A stretch of 64,000 nucleotides of DNA from contig JBGAGQ010000023.1 in NCBI GenBank assembly GCA_044226625.1, forward strand, positions 19,768 through 83,767, in the 5' to 3' direction. Position 1 is the first letter of the stretch; the number at the start of each line of letters is the position of its first letter. The DNA comes from Thermoanaerobaculia bacterium. GTDB taxonomy: Bacteria; Acidobacteriota; Thermoanaerobaculia; Multivoradales; UBA5704. Under the pieces are notes generated by a model. That model did no database searches and had not been told where the DNA came from. It saw only the letters and a program-made list of their open reading frames with translations. The position numbers and the translations under genes were made by a program. Shown in pieces: positions 9,512-19,536 of this stretch.

Positions 9512-10153
9512 TTAGATCTGGCCGAGCTCGATGCCGCGGAGCACCGCACGGGTACGGTCGCGGACGCCGAGCTTCGAGAGGATGCTCGAGACCTGGTTCT
9601 TCACCGTCCCTTCCGAGGTACCGAGAGCGGAGGCGATCTCGCGGTTGCTGTATCCGCCGGCCATCAGTCGCAGCACGTCGATTTCCCGGGGCGTCAGCGG
9701 ATCGGCGCTTTCGAGGCTCTCGAACGTGCGGGCCGCCCCTTCGATCAGGCTCACGACCCGCTCGGTGACCGCGGGACGGATCAGCGTCTCGCCGCGGGCG
9801 ATGGCTCGAATTGCCTCGGTCAACCGCTCGAACGAGACGTCCTTGAGCAGGAACCCTTTTGCGCCTGAACGCAGCCCCGCGAACAACGCCTCGTCGTCGT
9901 CGAAGGTGGTGAGCAGCAGCGTGGGGGGAAGCTCGTTCGTCCGCCCCAGCTCCCGCAGCACGTCGAGACCCGAGACTCGCGGCATGCGAACGTCGAGCAG
10001 CAGGACGTCGGGCCGCTCGCAGCGCGCGGCTTCGATCGCCTCGCGGCCGTCCGCCGCCTCGGCGACGACGCGCAGATCGGGGGTCAGCTCCAGCAGGCCG
10101 CGCAAGCCCGCGCGCATCAAGGTCTGATCGTCCGCGAGGAGGATGCGGATCAC
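9512..10153 (-). CDS. NarL/LuxR-family response regulator
   Basis: GTG start; IRILLADDQ, LLDVRMP, LTTFDDD; HTH LTPREIDVLRLMAGGYSNREIA. Confidence 0.93.
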   Translation of the reverse strand: MIRILLADDQTLMRAGLRGLLELTPDLRVVAEAADGREAIEAARCERPDVLLLDVRMPRVSGLDVLRELGRTNELPPTLLLTTFDDDEALFAGLRSGAKGFLLKDVSFERLTEAIRAIARGETLIRPAVTERVVSLIEGAARTFESLESADPLTPREIDVLRLMAGGYSNREIASALGTSEGTVKNQVSSILSKLGVRDRTRAVLRGIELGQI

Positions 10154-11336
10154 GAGGCGCCTCCCGCGCTCCGGGGTACGCGCACGCGGACCGCGAAGCC
10201 CGAGGTACCCTCCTCTCCCCGGGGCTCGATCTCGACCGAGCCGCCGTGTACGCCGAGCCGCTCTCTCAGCCCCGCGAGTCCATGCCCCTCGGCGAAGTCG
10301 GCCGCGCCCCGCCCGTCGTCCGTCGCCGACAGCTCGACCGTCTCGGAATCTGCCGAAAGAGCGATCCGAAGTGTGGTCGCTTCGGAGTGACGGATCGCGT
10401 TGGTGATCAGCTCCTGCGCCGCTCGCACGAGGTCGGCCGCGATCTCGGGGTCGAGCGGCGGCAGCTCGTCCGGCAGCCGAAGGTCGACCTTCAAGGAGGG
10501 GACGCCCGCGGTGAGTAGCCGAAGTCCTTCGGAGAGATCGAGCCGGCTCGCAGCCGAGCGACCACGTCTCGCACCTCCTGAAGCAGCGCCCGGGCGACCC
10601 CCTGCGCACGGCGAAGCGTGGCCGAAAGGGGCGCATCCGGCTCGCCGGACGCCCCACCGAGCTGCTTCGCCAGCTCCAGATGAACCGACAGCAGCGCGAG
10701 GTGATGGCCGACCCGGTCGTGCAGCTCGCGCGAGATGCGGAGCCGCTCCGCCGTCCGGCTCCCTTCGGCGAGGCGGTCCTGCGCGGCGGAGAGGTCGGCA
10801 TTCGCGCGTTCGAGGTGGCGCCGCGCCCGCTCCTCGCTCGCCGCGGCGTACCCGGCAAAGAACGCGAACGCCTGCCAGGCGAGCGCGCCGAGCGCCGTGA
10901 GCAGGGTGGCCTCGACCGCCGGGAGGCCCCGGGCGGCCTCCCAGACGACGACGTTCTCGCTGCCGGCTGCCGCGAGCAGGAGGGCGGTCATCGCGATCCC
11001 TTGGCCGGCGAACGCCGCGATGCCGAACCCGCCGGGGAGGACGAACGGGATTTCCGCCGCAAGGACGACGAGGAAATTCGTATGCATCGCGAGCGCCGTT
11101 GCGAGCTGGAGACCGAGCAGGACCGCGCTCGAACCCTGCGGCCGATCGACGCTCCGCCGCGTGTTGCGCACGAACGCCCAGGCGAAGAACAGGCTGAGCA
11201 GGATGAGGAGGACGCGCGGGACCCAGATCCTTCCGGATCCCGCCGGAACCGAAAGCTTGAGCTGGTTCCAAAGATCGACGGAGAGGGTTGCGATAGCGCA
11301 CAACCCCGCGATCTGCAAAAGGCGCCGGGGACGCAT
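10150..11336 (-). pseudogene. HisKA_3 membrane sensor histidine kinase, frameshifted near 10545
   Basis: TM helices and ERLRISRELHDRVGH lie in one frame. The HATPase_c domain (QELITNAIRHS, DDGRG, GHGLAGLRER) lies in another frame and ends overlapping the regulator start. Confidence 0.8.
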
Positions 11337-11378
11337 GACGGTTCGGATTGTAAGAGCGCTGGACGGAGCGGCGCATAG

Positions 11379-11413
11379 GCCGAAAGTCATGCCGTACGCC
11401 CACGACTTTCGGC
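11379..11413. promoter_or_regulatory. Inverted repeat, candidate response-regulator site between divergent genes
   Basis: GCCGAAAGTCATG-N9-CACGACTTTCGGC (12/13 match). Confidence 0.5.
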
Positions 11414-11511
11414 ACGCGACGGGGTCGTAGGAGGGCGCCTACGCTGCTCGCGTCGATTCGGAGACTTTGTTCGTCGATCGGCGTGAACCGAAAAGGAAAG
11501 GAACTCCCTCT

Positions 11512-12720
11512 ATGCGTCCGAATTCTCGCCACAGAAGAGCCCGGCGCCTCGTCTGGCTGCTCGCCGGTTCTCTCCTCGTCTCCTATGGGACCTCTCTGGC
11601 GGCCGAGGAGCCGACCGTCGCTCCGACCCCTAGCGCCGAACTGACCCTCGACCAACTTTTGTCGTTCGTCGTCGCCCACCGCGACGACATGGCCGTCGCG
11701 AGCTTCTCCGCCGACTCCACCGGATCGCCCGACGCGGCCGCGCCGGTCCTGGTCCACAACGCCGCGAGGCCGCTGCCGCTGGCCTCGACGATCAAGATCG
11801 TCCTCCTCGCCGCGTTCGAGCGTTCGGTGGCGGCCGGCCGGATCGATCGAGGCGCGACGGTGCGCGTCGGCGATTGGGATCTCCTCTACCTCCCCGGGAC
11901 GGACGGCGGCGCGCACGCCCGCTCGCTCGTGGAATTGGGGATTCCGACCGACGACCTCGGGTTCGCGCGCGATCCGGAGAGGAGCGTGACGCTCGATCAG
12001 ATCGCCCGCGCGATGATCCGCCAGAGTGACAACGCGGGCGCAGACTTGATCGCGGAACGGGTGGGTGTCTCCACGATCCGCGCGACCCTCCGCGCTGCCG
12101 GCATGCCGGGCCAAGAGGAGCCGATCTCAATCCTCGGCCTCAAGCTTGTGCTCCACAACTGGCAAGACGGGCCTCTCTCCTGGCCGCGCGTCCAGGCGAT
12201 CCGCGCAATGTCGCGCGCTCGCCTTGCCGCCATCGCGCGCGGCTACGCGAACCGCTATCGCCGGCCGGCCTGGCGCAACGCGCAGATCGCCTGGCTGCTT
12301 TCGACGCCGGCACCGAGCTATCGGCTCCAGGCCGCGGGACTTCAGGCGGTTTGGCCCAAGGGGACCGCGGCGGACTACGCGAGCGTGCTCGCGCGGCTCT
12401 CGGCGGGGCGTTTCCTCTCGCCCGCGATCTCGACCGCGATGCTCGACAAGCTCGCGATCCCGCTGGCGGATCCGACGGTCTTCTCGTTCGTGGCGGAAAA
12501 GGGCGGCTCGGAGCCGGGTCTTATCACCGAAACCGTCTTGGCGGTTCCGAGCGTCGGGCCGTTCGCTGGCACCCCTCGGATCTCGGTGATCTTCCTCCGC
12601 CGGCTGGACGAGCCCGAGTGGAACGCTGCGCTCGACGGGGCCGCGCCGTTCCAGCTGGCGGGGTTGCTCGCGCTCGATCCGTCGGTCGTGGAGGCGGTCC
12701 GGCAGGCGCTGGGGGAGTGA
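11512..12720 (+). CDS. Serine hydrolase, class A beta-lactamase-like fold
   Basis: Signal peptide; SxxK (ASTIK); SDN; KGG at the KTG position. Confidence 0.8.
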   Translation: MRPNSRHRRARRLVWLLAGSLLVSYGTSLAAEEPTVAPTPSAELTLDQLLSFVVAHRDDMAVASFSADSTGSPDAAAPVLVHNAARPLPLASTIKIVLLAAFERSVAAGRIDRGATVRVGDWDLLYLPGTDGGAHARSLVELGIPTDDLGFARDPERSVTLDQIARAMIRQSDNAGADLIAERVGVSTIRATLRAAGMPGQEEPISILGLKLVLHNWQDGPLSWPRVQAIRAMSRARLAAIARGYANRYRRPAWRNAQIAWLLSTPAPSYRLQAAGLQAVWPKGTAADYASVLARLSAGRFLSPAISTAMLDKLAIPLADPTVFSFVAEKGGSEPGLITETVLAVPSVGPFAGTPRISVIFLRRLDEPEWNAALDGAAPFQLAGLLALDPSVVEAVRQALGE

Positions 12721-12730
12721 GGGGCGGCCC

Positions 12731-12765
12731 AAAACGAAACGGCGGGCCGAGATCCGGCCCGCCGT
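12731..12765 (-). terminator. Intrinsic terminator after the AAA+ ATPase gene
   Basis: ACGGCGGGCCG/CGGCCCGCCGT stem with TTTCGTTTT tail on the minus strand. Confidence 0.7.
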
Positions 12766-12786
12766 CTTCAGGAGCTTCGAACCGCT

Positions 12787-14292
12787 CTAGTTCAGATCGC
12801 TCTCCGACCGCCCGCGCGAGCGTCGCGGTTTCAGAAGCTGGAACTTCACCAGCTCTTTGTAGCTGATCCGGCTGTCGAGGTCGTGACGGGCGAGCTTCAT
12901 GTGCTGGTGGAGCCCTTCGAGCACGATCTCGGCGGCGAGGGTCCGCTCCGCGTCCGTCGTGCTCTGGCCGCGATAGCGCTCGACCAAGGCGAACAGCCCG
13001 GGCACGCGGTCCAGTTGGGCTCGGTACTCCTCTCCCGTCTGCTCGTCGGAAAGCGCAACCTCGTTGCCCGCCGCGAACCAGTGGACGATCTCCGCGTACG
13101 GACCGTCGTCCTCGCCCCCCCGGCTGCCGACCTCGCGGCCGACCTCAGGGAATCCCGCGTCGAAGACTTTCTTGACCGCGAGGCCCACGAGCCGCCTGGC
13201 GACCACTTCGGCCCCCTGCTGCTCGCCTTCGTAGACCATCTCGACCTTGCCGGTGATCGCGGGCAGGAGCATCTGCAGATCGGCGAGGCGTGGGTAGACC
13301 TTTGCCTCGTTCGTCCGCAGCTGGCGGCGTTCGAGATTCGAGACCAGCAGCTCGAGCGCGGCGATCGCCACGCGGGCCGAGACTCCCGAGGATTGATCGA
13401 CCAACTCGCTCTCGCGCGCCACGATCGAGATCTCTTCGATCAGCGTGCGGATCTCGTCCGGGATCTCGAGCCCCGTCACGCCGCGTTCGGTCCAGGCTTC
13501 CTGGGCGGTGATCGCCGCGGAGGTCTCGGCGTCCGGCGGGTAGTGGGTCAGGATCTGCGAAGCGATCCGATCTTTGAGCGGCGTGATGATCGAGCCGCGG
13601 TTCGTATAGTCCTCGGGGTTCGCCGAAAAGCACATCAGCAGGTCGAGCGGGATGCGCACGGGGAATCCCCGGATCTGGAGATCGCGCTCTTCGAGCAGGT
13701 TGAACAGGCCGACCTGGATGCGGGGTGCCAGGTCGGGCAGCTCGTTGATCGCGAAGATCCCCCGATTCGTTCGCGGGATGATGCCGAAATGGATCACCTC
13801 CGGGTCGGCGAACGTGAGCCGCCGGGTCGCCGCTTTGATCGGGTCGATGTCGCCGAGCAGGTCGGCGATCGAGACGTCGGGCGTCGCGAGCTTCTCGTTG
13901 TAGCGCGCCTCGCGCGGCAGCCATTCGATCGCGGCGTCGTCGCCCGCCTCGGCCGCCGTCCGCTGTCCGGGCACGGAGATCGGTGCGAGCGGATCGTCGT
14001 TCAGCTCCGAGCCCGCGAGGATCGGAACCTCCGGATCGAGGAAGTCGATCAGGCCGCGCAGGATGCGCGTCTTCGCCTGGCCGCGTAGGCCGAGCAGGAT
14101 GAAGTCGTGCCCGGCGAGCAGCGCGTTCACCACCCCGGGAATGACCGTCCGGTCGTAGCCCAGGATGCCGGGAAAGAGCGATTTGCCGGATTGGAGCCGC
14201 TGTCGAAGGTTTGCGCGCAGCTCGGTCTTGACGGAACGGGGGCGGTAGCCGGTTTCGCGCAGGGCGCCAAGCGTGTTCGGTCGCTTCGTCAT
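12787..14292 (-). CDS. Magnesium-chelatase-like AAA+ ATPase
   Basis: Start MTKRPNTLGAL overlaps the trxB stop; Walker A GLRGQAKT; FAINELPDL; SANPEDYTNRG. Confidence 0.88.
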   Translation of the reverse strand: MTKRPNTLGALRETGYRPRSVKTELRANLRQRLQSGKSLFPGILGYDRTVIPGVVNALLAGHDFILLGLRGQAKTRILRGLIDFLDPEVPILAGSELNDDPLAPISVPGQRTAAEAGDDAAIEWLPREARYNEKLATPDVSIADLLGDIDPIKAATRRLTFADPEVIHFGIIPRTNRGIFAINELPDLAPRIQVGLFNLLEERDLQIRGFPVRIPLDLLMCFSANPEDYTNRGSIITPLKDRIASQILTHYPPDAETSAAITAQEAWTERGVTGLEIPDEIRTLIEEISIVARESELVDQSSGVSARVAIAALELLVSNLERRQLRTNEAKVYPRLADLQMLLPAITGKVEMVYEGEQQGAEVVARRLVGLAVKKVFDAGFPEVGREVGSRGGEDDGPYAEIVHWFAAGNEVALSDEQTGEEYRAQLDRVPGLFALVERYRGQSTTDAERTLAAEIVLEGLHQHMKLARHDLDSRISYKELVKFQLLKPRRSRGRSESDLN

Positions 14293-15293
14293 CCGTGGGC
14301 CGCCGTTTCCGCCATCACGTGTTCCAAGGTCGGCTCGACGCCGTGCTCCGCGAGGTGGCGCTCGGCATCGATCGCCGCCTTGCAGCCGCTGCCGGCCGAG
14401 GAGATTGCCTGGCGGTAGGTCGGATCGGTGACGTCTCCCGCCGCGAAGACCCCCGCCACTTTCGTCCGGGTCGAGGGCTCGTCGACGATCAAGTAGCCGC
14501 CTTCGGTCATCTCGAGCTTGCCCCGGAAGAGCTGGGTGTTCGGTACGTGGCCGATGGCGTAGAACAGCCCTTGGGTCGGGTAGTCGCTCTCGGCGCCGGT
14601 GACCGTGTCGCGGACGCGGATGCCGGTGACTCCGGTTTCGCGGGATCCGTGGACGTGGATCACCTCGGAGTTCCAGAGCCAGGCGATCTTCGGGTTGGCG
14701 AACGCCCGGTCCTGCATGATCTTCGAGGCGCGCAGCTCGCTCCGGCGGTGGACCACCGTCACTTTCGAGGCGTATTTGGTGAGGTAACTGGCCTCTTCCA
14801 TCGCCGAGTCGCCGCCCCCCACGACCACGACCTCCTTGTCGCGGAAGAAAAAGCCGTCGCACGTGGCGCAGGCCGAAATGCCGTAGCCCATCAGCTCGAG
14901 GTCGGCCTCGAGCCCGCCGAGCTTCGCCGAGGCTCCCGTCGAGACGATCAGCGAATGGGCTCGATAGGCCCCCTCGTCGGTCCGGACGGTGAACGGCCGC
15001 TCGGAGAAGTCGACGTCGATCGCCGCCTCGAACTTGACCTGGGCGCCGAATTTCTGCGCCTGCTCCCGCATCTTTTCCATCAGCTCGGGGCCGAGGATCC
15101 CTTCGGGAAAGCCGGGGAAGTTCTCGACCTCGGTGGTGATCGTGAGCTGGCCCCCTGGCTGGTTCCCTTCGAGCACCAAGGGGGCGAGGTCGGCACGCGC
15201 CGCGTACAGCGCGGCGGTCAACCCCGCCGGGCCGGAACCGAGGATGATCAGGCGATGCACAGGAACCTGGGCGTTCGCATCGGAATTGGACAT
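14289..15293 (-). CDS. trxB: Thioredoxin-disulfide reductase
   Basis: GSGPAG, GGQL, CATCDG, GGGDSA, AAGD. Confidence 0.96.
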   Translation of the reverse strand: MSNSDANAQVPVHRLIILGSGPAGLTAALYAARADLAPLVLEGNQPGGQLTITTEVENFPGFPEGILGPELMEKMREQAQKFGAQVKFEAAIDVDFSERPFTVRTDEGAYRAHSLIVSTGASAKLGGLEADLELMGYGISACATCDGFFFRDKEVVVVGGGDSAMEEASYLTKYASKVTVVHRRSELRASKIMQDRAFANPKIAWLWNSEVIHVHGSRETGVTGIRVRDTVTGAESDYPTQGLFYAIGHVPNTQLFRGKLEMTEGGYLIVDEPSTRTKVAGVFAAGDVTDPTYRQAISSAGSGCKAAIDAERHLAEHGVEPTLEHVMAETAAHG

Positions 15294-15430
15294 GGGAAAA
15301 GCGAACCTCCTGGAAATCAGATGGCGCGGCGGCCGGAAGACGGCCCTCGAAAAAGTCGAGACGTCAGTATATCCGCGGCTGCCGGTCCGTCCGGTGAGAA
15401 CAGGAGGAGGGCGGGAGTTGTTCCAGGGGG

Positions 15431-16627
15431 TTAGGGACCGGCAAACCAGCCGTCGAACCGCGCGGCGTCGATCAGCCGAACCCCTTGGGTCCCACGTGGC
15501 GTGTGAGAGTGGCGGGTCCGGCTCGCCACCCAGTTCTCCGTCTCAACCTGGTCGCCGAGGAGGTCGCGCACCGCTAGCAGCGGCTTGAGCGCCCGAGGAT
15601 CGGAGAAGGTTTCGGTCCATTTCGCCTCGATCAGGCGGAGCCGGCCGTTGCGCTCGATCACGAAATCCACTTCGACGCCGCGGGTGTCGCGCCAGAAGAA
15701 GACGTTTCCCGCCGAACCCGCGGCAGTCTTCGCCCGAAGGATCTGACCGAGGACGAACGTTTCCCAGATCGCGCCCGAGAACGGCGAGGCGGCGAGCGAG
15801 GCCGGCGACTCGAGGCCGAGGAGGAAGCAGAGCAACCCCGTGTCGCGGAGGTAGAGCTTCGGCGACTTGATCATCCGCCGGGTCGGATTGTCGAAATACG
15901 GCTCGAGTAGAACGATCTGGTTCGACGCTTCGAGCACCGAGAGCCATTCGCGCGCCGTCGAGCCGGCGATCCCCACGTCGCGCGCAAGCTCGCTCAGGTT
16001 GAGTAACTGCCCGGAGCGAAGGGCTGCTGCGCGGAGGAAGCGCTCGAAATCGCGCAGGCTTCCGACTCGGAGGGCGAGCCGCACGTCGCGTTCGAGGTAA
16101 GTCGCCACGTAGCTCGAATAGAACAACCGCGGCTCGTTCTGCCGGTCGCGCCAGAGCTCGGGGAAGCCGCCGCGCCACAGGATCTCTTCCGTCAGGATCC
16201 CCTCCTTCGGCCACGCTGCGTGGATCTCGGCGCTCGCGAGGGTATCCAACTCGAGGACGGCACATCGGCCGGCGAGGCTCTCGGAGAGCGCCTGCATCAG
16301 CGCGAACTTCTGCGAGCCGGTCATCAGAAAGCGCCCGCGCCCTCCGCGGTCGGCGTCGATCGCGACCTTCAGATACCGGAAAAGGCCCGGCGCGTACTGC
16401 ACCTCGTCGAGGATCACCGGCTCGGAAAACCCCCGAAGGAACGCCTCCCCGTTCTCCTCCGCCTGAGCCGCCGCCGAAGGAAGGTCGAGTGAAGCGAAAT
16501 CCGCCGCCGGAAAGAGGTGTCGAAGGAGCGCGGTCTTACCCGTCTGCCGCGCCCCGGTGATGACCACCGCCGGGTATTGGCGCGCGGCGGAATGGACCTG
16601 GTCCGCAAGGCGACGGGAAATCCACAC
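15431..16627 (-). CDS. AAA_14-type ATPase with DUF4143 and C-terminal PD-(D/E)xK-like motif
   Basis: GARQTGKT, ILDEVQ, TGS, GGFP, KLYLRDTGL, EVDFV...IEAK. Confidence 0.85.
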   Translation of the reverse strand: MWISRRLADQVHSAARQYPAVVITGARQTGKTALLRHLFPAADFASLDLPSAAAQAEENGEAFLRGFSEPVILDEVQYAPGLFRYLKVAIDADRGGRGRFLMTGSQKFALMQALSESLAGRCAVLELDTLASAEIHAAWPKEGILTEEILWRGGFPELWRDRQNEPRLFYSSYVATYLERDVRLALRVGSLRDFERFLRAAALRSGQLLNLSELARDVGIAGSTAREWLSVLEASNQIVLLEPYFDNPTRRMIKSPKLYLRDTGLLCFLLGLESPASLAASPFSGAIWETFVLGQILRAKTAAGSAGNVFFWRDTRGVEVDFVIERNGRLRLIEAKWTETFSDPRALKPLLAVRDLLGDQVETENWVASRTRHSHTPRGTQGVRLIDAARFDGWFAGP

Positions 16628-16696
16628 GGAGACAGTTTATGGTTGGTAGGCTGAGATATCCAGGATTCGGGGTGAAGATCTTCCCCCAAGAGGGGG

Positions 16697-17164
16697 CTAA
16701 GGCCGTCGGCGCTCCCTCGCCCTCCGGAGATGCGAGAGATCGGCGAAGTCTTGTGGCCGGCTCGCGGCCTCCTTTTCGCGGATCAGGTCATCGAGGTCGA
16801 GGAACCAAGTCGGAACTCTGCCGAAGCGTGCGCCGGATCTTCGCTCCCATGCCTCTTGGAAGTCGATACGGCTTGCCAGCCTGTTCATCAGGTCGATCCG
16901 ATGGGGAGATACACCGAGTTGGACAATACGGCCGGGCTCGCGGAGATCTTGGGCCGTGATCGACAGGGTCTGACCTCCAAAGAACTCCCGAATCGCGTCG
17001 AGCGAGGCCTCGACGTTTCCGGGCTCGGGGTCGAGGAAGAGGTCGAGGTTCTTGGTCGCTCTTGGGATCGCGTGGTATGAGAACGCGAAACCGCCGACGA
17101 TCAGATATCTAACACTCCTCGCGTTGCACGACTCGAGAAACTCCTCGTAATCGGGGTAGTTCAT
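16697..17164 (-). CDS. Nucleotidyltransferase-family protein (DUF6036-like)
   Basis: YLIVGGFA...PRATKNLD; LIREKEAASRPQDFADL. Confidence 0.75.
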   Translation of the reverse strand: MNYPDYEEFLESCNARSVRYLIVGGFAFSYHAIPRATKNLDLFLDPEPGNVEASLDAIREFFGGQTLSITAQDLREPGRIVQLGVSPHRIDLMNRLASRIDFQEAWERRSGARFGRVPTWFLDLDDLIREKEAASRPQDFADLSHLRRARERRRP

Positions 17165-17342
17165 CGATCCCCTGTGCCTTGAGGCTGTCCATGAGGCAAT
17201 CCATTGCGACCACCACCCGCTGCTCGGGCGTCATCTCGTCATGCCAGAAGCGGAAATCCTCCTCCTCCGCCTCCTCGAACGTCAGCACCCGCGCCTCCCA
17301 AAGGCGTCCGTGACGATCGGCGGCTCGGCCACGTGTTTCCAT
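17109..17342 (-). CDS. Small hypothetical protein overlapping the nucleotidyltransferase (antitoxin-like position)
   Basis: 77 aa; EEAEEEDFRFWHDEMTPEQRV motif. Confidence 0.6.
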   Translation of the reverse strand: METRGRAADRHGRLWEARVLTFEEAEEEDFRFWHDEMTPEQRVVVAMDCLMDSLKAQGIDELPRLRGVSRVVQREEC

Positions 17343-17530
17343 AGGGTGACTCTATCGTGGACCTTGAAAGAAGGTTCGGCAAACGCGACCACCGACACGG
17401 AGCGGCTCCGGCCTCTCCCGACGCACCGGTGTCACGAGCGGGATCACCTTTGCAAGGTCGGGGTGCTTCAGAGGCCCGACCGGCCAAACGCCATCGCGTA
17501 TGATCCGTCGTCCGGTTCGGGAAGCCCCCC

Positions 17531-18916
17531 ATGGCCATCAGCGTTTTCGACCTGTTCACGATCGGCATCGGCCCTTCGAGCTCTCACACGGTGGGGCCGA
17601 TGCGGGCTGCGAAGCGTTTCGTGGAGCGGTTGGAGCGGCTCGGGCGGATGGGTGCCCTCGCGCGGATCGAGGCGACGCTCTACGGCTCGCTCGCGATGAC
17701 TGGCAAGGGGCACGGGACCGACAAAGCGGTCCTGATGGGGCTCGAAGGGGAGACGCCGGAGGAGGTCGATCCGAGCGCGGTCGTTCCGCGCGTGGCGGCG
17801 ATTCGGGAGACGGCGAGGATTCGGCCGTTGGGCCGGCTGGAGCCCGAGATCGGGTTCGAGGAGAAGCGCGATCTCCTCTTCAATCGCAAAGAGGTGTTGC
17901 CGCTCCATTCGAACGGCATGCGGTTCCGGGCGTTCGACGCCGCGGGGACGATGCTCGAAGAGCGGATCTACTACTCCGTAGGTGGCGGGTTCGTGGTCGA
18001 TGAGTTGTCGGCAGGGGCCGACCGGCTGGTCAAGGACGAGACGCCGCAGCGGTATCCGTTCTTCTCGGGCGAAGACCTGTTGCGCCTGTCGAAGGAGAAC
18101 GGCCTCGCGATCTGGCAGCTGATGCTCGAGAACGAGAAGGCCTGGCGGAGCGAGGAGGAGATCCGCGCCGGTCTAATGAAGATCTGGGGGGCGATGCAGG
18201 CCTGTGTCGCTCGCGGTTGCGCCGAGCATGGGGTACTGCCGGGGAGCCTCCACGTGCGGCGGCGCGCCTCACGCCTGTACAAGGAGCTGGTCGCCCGGCC
18301 GGAGGCCGCTCTCCAGGATCCTTTGACGCTCCTCGACTGGGTAAACCTCTACGCGCTCGCGGTGAACGAAGAGAACGCAGCCGGCGGGCGGGTGGTGACG
18401 GCGCCGACGAACGGCGCAGCGGGGATCATCCCGGCGGTGCTCCATTACTACCGGCGCCTGACCCCGGGAGCGGACGACGAAGGGGTGATCCGCTTTCTGC
18501 TCACCGCCGGCGCGATCGGAATCCTCTACAAGGAGAACGCCTCGATCTCGGGCGCCGAGGTCGGATGCCAGGGGGAGGTGGGCGTCGCCTGTTCGATGGC
18601 CGCGGGCGGGCTCGTCGCCGCCCTCGGCGGGCCGACGATCCAGGTCGAGAACGCCGCCGAGATCGGCATGGAGCACAACCTAGGCCTCACCTGCGATCCG
18701 GTGGGCGGTCTGGTGCAGATCCCCTGCATCGAGCGGAACGCCATGGGCGCGGTCAAGGCGATCAACGCCGCCCGGCTCGCCCAGCGCGGCGACGGCTCGC
18801 ACAAGGTGTCGCTCGACCGGGTGATCAAGACCATGCGCGAGACCGGAGCCGACATGAAAACCAAGTACAAGGAGACGTCGCGCGGCGGCCTCGCGATCAA
18901 CGTCATCGAATGCTGA
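17531..18916 (+). CDS. sdaA: L-serine ammonia-lyase (Fe-S type)
   Basis: [45 protein letters not shown]. Confidence 0.96.
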   Translation: MAISVFDLFTIGIGPSSSHTVGPMRAAKRFVERLERLGRMGALARIEATLYGSLAMTGKGHGTDKAVLMGLEGETPEEVDPSAVVPRVAAIRETARIRPLGRLEPEIGFEEKRDLLFNRKEVLPLHSNGMRFRAFDAAGTMLEERIYYSVGGGFVVDELSAGADRLVKDETPQRYPFFSGEDLLRLSKENGLAIWQLMLENEKAWRSEEEIRAGLMKIWGAMQACVARGCAEHGVLPGSLHVRRRASRLYKELVARPEAALQDPLTLLDWVNLYALAVNEENAAGGRVVTAPTNGAAGIIPAVLHYYRRLTPGADDEGVIRFLLTAGAIGILYKENASISGAEVGCQGEVGVACSMAAGGLVAALGGPTIQVENAAEIGMEHNLGLTCDPVGGLVQIPCIERNAMGAVKAINAARLAQRGDGSHKVSLDRVIKTMRETGADMKTKYKETSRGGLAINVIEC

Positions 18917-18950
18917 TAGGTTCCCGCCCGAACGTCCCCGAGGAGATCCC

Positions 18951-19466
18951 ATGTACGCTAGCGAACGACTGATTGCCGCCTTCAACGCCCAGATCGCTCA
19001 TGAGATGGGTGCCTCGATCCAATACGTGGCGCTTGCCGCCTATTTCGACTCGGCGACCCTGCCGCAGCTTGCGAGCTTCTTCTACCGCCAGGCGGACGAA
19101 GAGCGGATGCACGCGATGAAGTTCGTCAAGTTCGTGGTCGACGTGGGCGGGCGTGTGGACATTCCGGCGATCGAGAAGTCGAAGTGCGACTTCACCTCGG
19201 CCGAAGAGGCCGCAGCGCTCGCGCTCTCCTGGGAAAAGCAGGTGACGCAGCAGATCTACGACCTGCTCGACATCGCGCAGGATGACAAGAACCACATGGC
19301 GCGCCGCTTCCTCGACTGGTTCGTCGACGAGCAGCTCGAAGAGATGAGCTCGATGGGGAACCTGCTCCAGGTGATTCAGCGTGCCGGCACTGACCGGCTG
19401 CTCGCGGTCGAAGACTTCCTCTCCCGCCAGGGCGGGAAGGCGAGCCCACTCGCGGGCGGCGAGTAG
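18951..19466 (+). CDS. ftnA: Non-heme ferritin
   Basis: [32 protein letters not shown]. Confidence 0.9.
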   Translation: MYASERLIAAFNAQIAHEMGASIQYVALAAYFDSATLPQLASFFYRQADEERMHAMKFVKFVVDVGGRVDIPAIEKSKCDFTSAEEAAALALSWEKQVTQQIYDLLDIAQDDKNHMARRFLDWFVDEQLEEMSSMGNLLQVIQRAGTDRLLAVEDFLSRQGGKASPLAGGE

Positions 19467-19536
19467 CCCGTCTCGAAACGCGCGGTCCGAACCCGGTACC
19501 AACTCGGAGGGCCAGGCTCGGCCGCGCGGCTTACCC

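Noticed and set aside
9512-12114. Track ORFs of 448 aa and 654 aa read as long fusions
   Set aside because: Only their C-terminal parts are real (regulator; kinase ATPase domain). The same over-extension affects the chelatase, DUF2239, MFP, hutF and his ORFs.
11512-12720. Bona fide beta-lactam resistance gene
   Set aside because: The fold motifs are present, but KTG is altered and there is a large insertion; activity cannot be inferred.
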